Below are positions 6,616 through 10,796 of a stretch of DNA of 10,796 nucleotides, in pieces. The stretch is from NCBI GenBank assembly GCA_043800755.1, contig JAZDMQ010000121.1, positions 1 through 10,796 of the forward strand. Reading direction: 5' to 3'. Source of the DNA: a bacterium (lineage in GTDB: Bacteria; Methylomirabilota; Methylomirabilia; CAVQYV01). A program made the translations under genes and the position numbers. The stretch's first letter is position 1; every line of letters starts with the position of its first letter. The notes under the pieces are model-generated. The model did not search any database, was not told the DNA's origin, and saw only the letters and a list, made by a program, of their open reading frames with translations.

Positions 6616-7997
6616 TCAACCACCTCCCAATGCCCACCCTTGTCGGGGCCGACGCGCTGGATTCGGCCTTCTTCGCGCAGTCTGGCAATCTGCTTTTCCA
6701 CTGCCCTTGGGGAAATCCCCAGCTCGTCGGCAATCGCCCTGGCAGCTAACTTAGGGTCGGCTCTCAACAGCCCCAGAATCTTCTCCGAACTTTTCTCCGA
6801 ACTTTTCTCCGAACCAGCGGCCGGTTCCTCCGAACTTATCACGGCTTTCCGAGTAATCGTGGCCGTGAACAGGGAGCCGTCCCGATCGTCGGTGAAGTCG
6901 ATCTCGGGCCAGTTCTCCAGCGCTCGCTTGATGCCGGAGCCCAAGCCCCGGTAGGGCAAGAGCCCCTTGGCAATGTAGGACACCAGGATCGGATTGCGGA
7001 TATTGGAATTGCCGGCCCTGATTTTCGCCACGGTCAGGTTGTCGGGCAGGTGGCCGGGGCTGATGATCTCGATTCGATTGTCGAAGATGAAGAGCCTGAT
7101 CGGGGCGCTGACCAGATAGTCCCGATGCACCAGGGCGTTGACCAGCAATTCCTCGAAGACAAGCGGCGGAATCTCCGGCACCCCCGGCGCATTAACCCCT
7201 TGCCCGGTCTGCACCTTGCGCAGGTTGCGCATGACAAAGGCCATGGCACCCTCAAACATCGCGGTCAGTGGCCCGGTAAAATCCTCGGTATCGAGATACT
7301 TGCTCACATGAATGGCATTGCCGGGATAGCGGATGGCCTTAACGATGAACTGCGGCTTGATCCACTCCGGCCGTTCGGCGAACAACAGCACCCCGGCAAG
7401 GTTCAGCATGCCGTCATCCGTGGCTAGATTCATGTTCTGCAGGAGCGTCAACAATTCGTCCGGTGAACCCGGCCAGGGCTGCTGGTACACATCCCGCAGA
7501 AAATCCCGGAAGCGCAGCTTGTCCAGTTTGTCGATACCCGCTTTGGTCGGTAGCTCATCGGCATGAAACTGGTCTACACTTTGGAACAGACGGCGCAGCT
7601 CCTCCTTGGAGTTCACCCGCCGCTTGTCGGCTCCACTCTTGAGCCAGATGACCCCATTGCGGTCGAAATAGGGCTTGTCCTGCCCCTTGGGAATGGTGAG
7701 CACGATGACCACACGCTCATCGCCCAGGCTGATGTTCTCGGTCTGCACTGTGAGCGGGCTGCGTACATGCTGCGAAGCTGCGTTGCCGATCAATTGGTTC
7801 AACCGCGTCACGTCCGCCCGGCTCAGCCCAGGCAGAGAACCGTCATCCGCCACGCCCAGAAATATCGTGCCCCCCTCGGAATTGGCAAAGGCAGCCATCT
7901 CCCCGGCGAGCGAGTCGGCATTGGTGACATCCCGCTTGAACTGCCGGCGGGTGTCTTCGCCGAGGGCGATTTGGGCTTTCAGTTCCGTCAACGTCAT
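6612..7997 (-). CDS. AlbA_2 (Schlafen-like) domain + 'RecG C-terminal'/HATPase_c_4-like domain + C-terminal winged HTH protein (often annotated as ATP-binding protein or transcriptional regulator)
   Basis: GED..RQFK, AAFANSEGGTIFLGVADDG, EELLVNALVHRDY, IFDNRIEIISPGHLP, SNIRNP, GLGSGI, and a C-terminal HTH (ARAIADELGISPRAVEKQIARL..IQRVGPDKGGHW). Start set at ATG 7997 (MTLTELK), not 8084. Its stop overlaps the hsdR start as ATGA. Confidence 0.85.
   Translation of the reverse strand: MTLTELKAQIALGEDTRRQFKRDVTNADSLAGEMAAFANSEGGTIFLGVADDGSLPGLSRADVTRLNQLIGNAASQHVRSPLTVQTENISLGDERVVIVLTIPKGQDKPYFDRNGVIWLKSGADKRRVNSKEELRRLFQSVDQFHADELPTKAGIDKLDKLRFRDFLRDVYQQPWPGSPDELLTLLQNMNLATDDGMLNLAGVLLFAERPEWIKPQFIVKAIRYPGNAIHVSKYLDTEDFTGPLTAMFEGAMAFVMRNLRKVQTGQGVNAPGVPEIPPLVFEELLVNALVHRDYLVSAPIRLFIFDNRIEIISPGHLPDNLTVAKIRAGNSNIRNPILVSYIAKGLLPYRGLGSGIKRALENWPEIDFTDDRDGSLFTATITRKAVISSEEPAAGSEKSSEKSSEKILGLLRADPKLAARAIADELGISPRAVEKQIARLREEGRIQRVGPDKGGHWEVVE
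6781..6814. repeat. In-frame 12-bp tandem repeat TTTTCTCCGAAC (~2.8 copies) encoding SEKS repeats
   Basis: Partial copy at 6781-6790, full copies at 6791-6802 and 6803-6814. A further CTCCGAACTT lies at 6828-6837. Confidence 0.9.
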
Positions 7998-8077
7998 GCG
8001 GGTGCCTCCGCGCCCCCACGTTTTGCGACGGCGTCGGGAATCGTTTGCTCGATGGTGTTGGGTTCGGTGAAGGTCAT
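7994..8077 (-). pseudogene. 27-aa mini-ORF MTFTEPNTIEQTIPDAVAKRGGAEAPA, a relic copy of the hsdR N-terminus
   Basis: By manual alignment, 12/17 aa and 41/51 nt match the hsdR start at 6615-6565. ATGA overlaps with the hsdS stop (8074-8077) and with the next start (7994-7997). Confidence 0.8.
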
Positions 8078-9264
8078 GATGCACCTCCGAAGAATGCCGT
8101 TAGCATTCCAGACAGCATGCTTATCCTGCGTCGTCTGTTCTCAAGACCTGCACTCAATACAGAATCGAGTTCTTCCAATTCGGCGCAGATCTTTTCCTGC
8201 ACGTCCGGCTTTGGAATCGGAGCGATGTATTCCCCCAACTCGACTCTGTTGATTTTGGGGATTCCAGTCCGCACACAGCGTGAAACCGCGAAGGATGTGA
8301 AGTGCTCCCCGAGCAGGAGCACGAGCAGGTATCGCTCAATTATGACCCCTTGCTTTGGGCGGAGCGGATACATGTCTGCGCTGCAAAGCCCGCGAAACTC
8401 GGCAACGAAGCACTTCTGGAGATTTGGGAGAATCTTGCTGTAAACCACATCACCTGGCTGAAACAGATACTTGCCGCTGATGGCGTTCTGTTGTGCGGCC
8501 GTCTCGGTTACGAGAAGCCGGCCACTGCCTTGTTCAATGTGATTTGGCGCGACCAAAAACATCGAACGATACGGCTCTTCTTTCGGGTCAACTTGGCCAG
8601 AGACGATATCAAAGGACTCGACCAGGGGCGCGGACGGCCATTTCTCGAATGCGGATGAGTCAGTTAATGTGGCGGTCTTTGCAGCGCGGACTTTCGCCAC
8701 GCTTTCCAGAAGCCAATCCGAGGTTTGGTTGACCTCATCAACCGCCCAGAGGATTTCGGCGATGCGGCGCTGCTGGTCGAGCGGCGGGAGGTCGAACTCG
8801 AAGCGGGCGAGACTGCTCCAGTTGGTGCGCGGCGAGAGCGAACCGGCCGAAGTCCCGACCGCGTGCTGAAAGAACCGCTCCGCGAGGCAGAGGAACGACA
8901 GCAGTTTGGACAGCAGGCGGTCGTTCTTCGCCGCGAGCACGTAGATGTCGCCCGAGACCACCGCATCGAACTCAGCCACGGCCACCTTACGCTGGTGGGC
9001 GCGGCGTTTACCGAAGAGCACCTGCCCCGGTCGACAGCGGCGCGTGAACGTGGTGCCATCCGCCACATTGCCCCACGCCCGGGTGTGCAATGACCCCGGC
9101 TCCAGATGCTCCAGCCCGATGAACCGTTCGATGCCGGCCGCGTTCGGATCGCGCTCGGTTTCGTTGAGGTTCTCGGCCACATCTCCGAAGTGCATCCGCT
9201 GCCATTTCGAGCGGTCGAAAAGCGGGAGCCTGGCCCAGTCGGATGTGAGATCCATTGTGCTCAC
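8074..9264 (-). CDS. hsdS: Type I restriction-modification specificity subunit
   Basis: Two TRD-conserved region repeats: W..MHFGDV / GQVLFGKRR / LPPLDQQRRIAEIL and WP..PLVE / GDVVYSKI / IPKPDVQEKI..L. The GTG start overlaps the higA stop (GTGA); ATG 9255 is an alternative start. Confidence 0.9.
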   Translation of the reverse strand: MSTMDLTSDWARLPLFDRSKWQRMHFGDVAENLNETERDPNAAGIERFIGLEHLEPGSLHTRAWGNVADGTTFTRRCRPGQVLFGKRRAHQRKVAVAEFDAVVSGDIYVLAAKNDRLLSKLLSFLCLAERFFQHAVGTSAGSLSPRTNWSSLARFEFDLPPLDQQRRIAEILWAVDEVNQTSDWLLESVAKVRAAKTATLTDSSAFEKWPSAPLVESFDIVSGQVDPKEEPYRSMFLVAPNHIEQGSGRLLVTETAAQQNAISGKYLFQPGDVVYSKILPNLQKCFVAEFRGLCSADMYPLRPKQGVIIERYLLVLLLGEHFTSFAVSRCVRTGIPKINRVELGEYIAPIPKPDVQEKICAELEELDSVLSAGLENRRRRISMLSGMLTAFFGGAS

Positions 9265-10358
9265 TCCGTTTCCTCATACGGCCAACGGTAGAAAATCTTC
9301 AGTTTGTTCCCGTGGGATTTGAGCAGCAGGCGATCGTGTTGCAAACGACCGACCACAATGCCCGGCGCGATGCCTATCTGGTCGGCAAAGCGTATAATCT
9401 GAGCATGAGAGCGGCGGTCCCAGCTCTCCAAAAAAGCGCGTAACGTAGCCGGAGAAATCAGCTTGTCGCTAGCAAAAGCGTTGGCCTCTTCCTCTTTCTC
9501 ACCATCCGGGTCGTTGCCCTCGATGAAAATCTCCTTGCGGCCATGCTTGATGATGTGGCCCGCTTCATGGAAAAACGTGAACCAAAGTTGGTCGTTACTC
9601 TTGTAGCGCAGGCTCAGTTGTATGACGGCTTTTTCGCTTAACCATCGGGTTGCGCCACAAACGCCTGTTTTGGGAAGCTCGGGAATAAAAACCACTGCTA
9701 CCCCGGCGGAGGCGCAAAGCTTCACCAATTGCGGTTGAAAAACCCGAGGCTCTTCCCTGGTCAGACCACGAATGTCCTCAAGAACCTCTTGGAAACGCTT
9801 TTTATCGAACGGCGCGCACGGCATCTTCTGTGCATCGATCTCCCCCTTGCGAAGCCAAGCGGAAACAGATTCGGCGCAGGCCTCGAAGCGTTGCGTTTGA
9901 CGATACGCAACCTGATACTCTTGCCATACGGTCTTCCATTGCTCGGGAGAGGCGACGCCGAAAAAGCGCAGGACCTCTTCGAGCTGGGAAACCTTGTCTG
10001 TTCTTTCAGGAATCCACCCCAGCTTGGTCAGGGCGTTTACAGGCACCTTCTTCAACCAATCCAGGTATGAGTGCAGGCGCTCTTTCTCGGCAAGGCGCGA
10101 GCGGTCCTCCTGGAACTGCCTTTCCATGTTGTTCCAGAAGTGAGCCGGACGGCCAAGGGAACGCTCCAATTTCAGAGCGGTTTCAGGGGTAATCGGCGAC
10201 TTCCCCTTGATGATTTCATTGATGGTTTTCTTGGCCAGCCCGGTTCTTGCGGCCAATTCGGCCTGGGCCATGCCGTAGGCCTCAAGGTACTCCTCAAGCA
10301 CCTCTCCCGGCGTAACCAGGTAATCCGGAACATATTGATTCAGCATTGTTTCAGTCAT
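9261..10358 (-). CDS. higA: HigA-family XRE HTH antitoxin fused to an ImmA/IrrE-type (peptidase M78) domain
   Basis: TPGEVLEEYL..GMAQAELAARTG..KTINEIIKGKSPITPETALKLE..FWNN (HigA HTH). C-terminal QLSLRYKSNDQLWFTFFHEAGH (HExxH) and EEEANAFA. Confidence 0.88.
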   Translation of the reverse strand: MTETMLNQYVPDYLVTPGEVLEEYLEAYGMAQAELAARTGLAKKTINEIIKGKSPITPETALKLERSLGRPAHFWNNMERQFQEDRSRLAEKERLHSYLDWLKKVPVNALTKLGWIPERTDKVSQLEEVLRFFGVASPEQWKTVWQEYQVAYRQTQRFEACAESVSAWLRKGEIDAQKMPCAPFDKKRFQEVLEDIRGLTREEPRVFQPQLVKLCASAGVAVVFIPELPKTGVCGATRWLSEKAVIQLSLRYKSNDQLWFTFFHEAGHIIKHGRKEIFIEGNDPDGEKEEEANAFASDKLISPATLRAFLESWDRRSHAQIIRFADQIGIAPGIVVGRLQHDRLLLKSHGNKLKIFYRWPYEETE

Positions 10359-10521
10359 GAGTGTCCTCCACTCCCAGGATTTTAATGGCGGTCACCTTGG
10401 ACCAGTCCAATCCGCCGTCCTCGCGCACCGGGACCGGATCATGGTCAGGGATGAAAATCAGACGAAAGGGATGGTCCAAGTCCATGGACAGTTGGCCGGA
10501 CCTTTGCCCCTCAGTCAGTTC
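10351..10521 (-). pseudogene. higB: C-terminal half of a HigB/RelE-like 'killer' toxin; 5' half missing
   Basis: ELTEGQRSGQLSMDLDHPFRLIFIPDHDPVP..DGGLDWSKVTAIKILGVEDTH matches the C-terminal pattern of these toxins. Its stop overlaps the higA start by 8 nt. The upstream frame turns into Pro/Ser-rich repeat translation. Confidence 0.8.
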
Positions 10522-10568
10522 GGGGGGGAATAGAGGGGACGGGGGAATAGAGGGGGAATAGAGGGGAC
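10522..10568 (+). repeat. Right junction: stuttered G-rich repeat, GGGGGAATAGA x3 with GGGGAC x2
   Basis: G7-AATAGA-GGGGAC-G5-AATAGA-G5-AATAGA-GGGGAC, directly abutting the higB breakpoint. Confidence 0.85.
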
Positions 10569-10651
10569 GTTGGTGCAGAGCGTGCATTGCCCCTCCTCCA
10601 ACCGAAGATCCGGGGAAAAGAATCTTGCCCTACTCAACTCCCGACCCCCCC

Positions 10652-10705
10652 AAAAAAAAAGCAAAAGGCACCGTGATCTTCGAAAAACGATCTATCCGGT
10701 GCCTT
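10652..10705 (-). terminator. Probable intrinsic terminator or attenuator hairpin for a leftward transcript
   Basis: Perfect 9-bp stem AAGGCACCG (10665-10673) / CGGTGCCTT (10697-10705), with an inner GATC/GATC stem. On the minus strand it is followed by TTGCTTTTTTTTT. Confidence 0.6.
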
Positions 10706-10796
10706 CAGTTTCCACTTTCTTCCTCCGACCGAACTCGGTTATATTTGGCCAGGATATTACGAGGTCTATTAGGAAACCCTCAGCGGGTGAGCTGTT

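Larger units (their letters stand above)
5000..10521 (-). mobile_element. Probable acquired fragment of a type I RM/TA defence locus downstream of tRNA-Glu, both ends truncated, no mobility gene
   Basis: Defence-type genes in one translationally coupled run, placed next to a tRNA, with both terminal genes broken and hsdM absent. Confidence 0.6.

Noticed and set aside
7998-8084. N-terminal extension of the 490-aa ORF (MHHDLHRT...)
   Set aside because: It overlaps the hsdS end and the hsdR-like mini-ORF in another frame. ATG 7997 has ATGA coupling and a family-typical start.
8074-9264. Invertible hsdS shufflon
   Set aside because: Only one hsdS is present, and I saw no long inverted repeats or recombinase in the window.
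10522-10568. CRISPR array
   Set aside because: Units are 11-17 bp with no unique spacers, and there are no cas genes in the window.
10351-10587. Track ORF of 78 aa as an intact protein
   Set aside because: Its N-terminal MHALHQRPLYSPSIPPSPLFPP is translation of the junction repeat and flanking DNA. Only 10521-10351 resembles the toxin.
10631-10655. TACTCAACTCCCGACCCCCCCAAAA as a degenerate tRNA 3'-end (att) duplication
   Set aside because: Similarity to the tRNA-Glu and tRNA-Gln 3' ends is limited to a few bases (TCCCG), too weak to call an attachment site.

Overview
GC-rich bacterial chromosomal window with two parts. (1) Core-like region, 1-4844: a leftward operon (ferritin-like/rubrerythrin protein -> DUF362 Fe-S protein -> hisF -> next gene running off the window) is transcribed divergently from a rightward unit (BCAM0308-like zinc protein -> gltX), followed by tRNA-Gln(CTG) and tRNA-Glu(CTC) with their own sigma70-type promoter. 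(2) About 155 bp after tRNA-Glu begins a ~5.5-kb minus-strand piece of a type I restriction-modification/toxin-antitoxin locus: 'higB - higA/ImmA - hsdS - 27-aa hsdR-like mini-ORF - AlbA_2/ATP-binding/HTH gene - hsdR'. It has no hsdM and no integrase or transposase. Both terminal genes are cut off exactly at short, stuttered G(A/T)CCCC motifs that point inward at the cargo. The three most notable observations are these paired junction motifs, a HisF that keeps its cyclase residues but has lost the HisH-interface and ammonia-gate residues, and a duplicated hsdR N-terminus acting as a translational coupler. Family assignments come from motif recognition only; no database searches were run.
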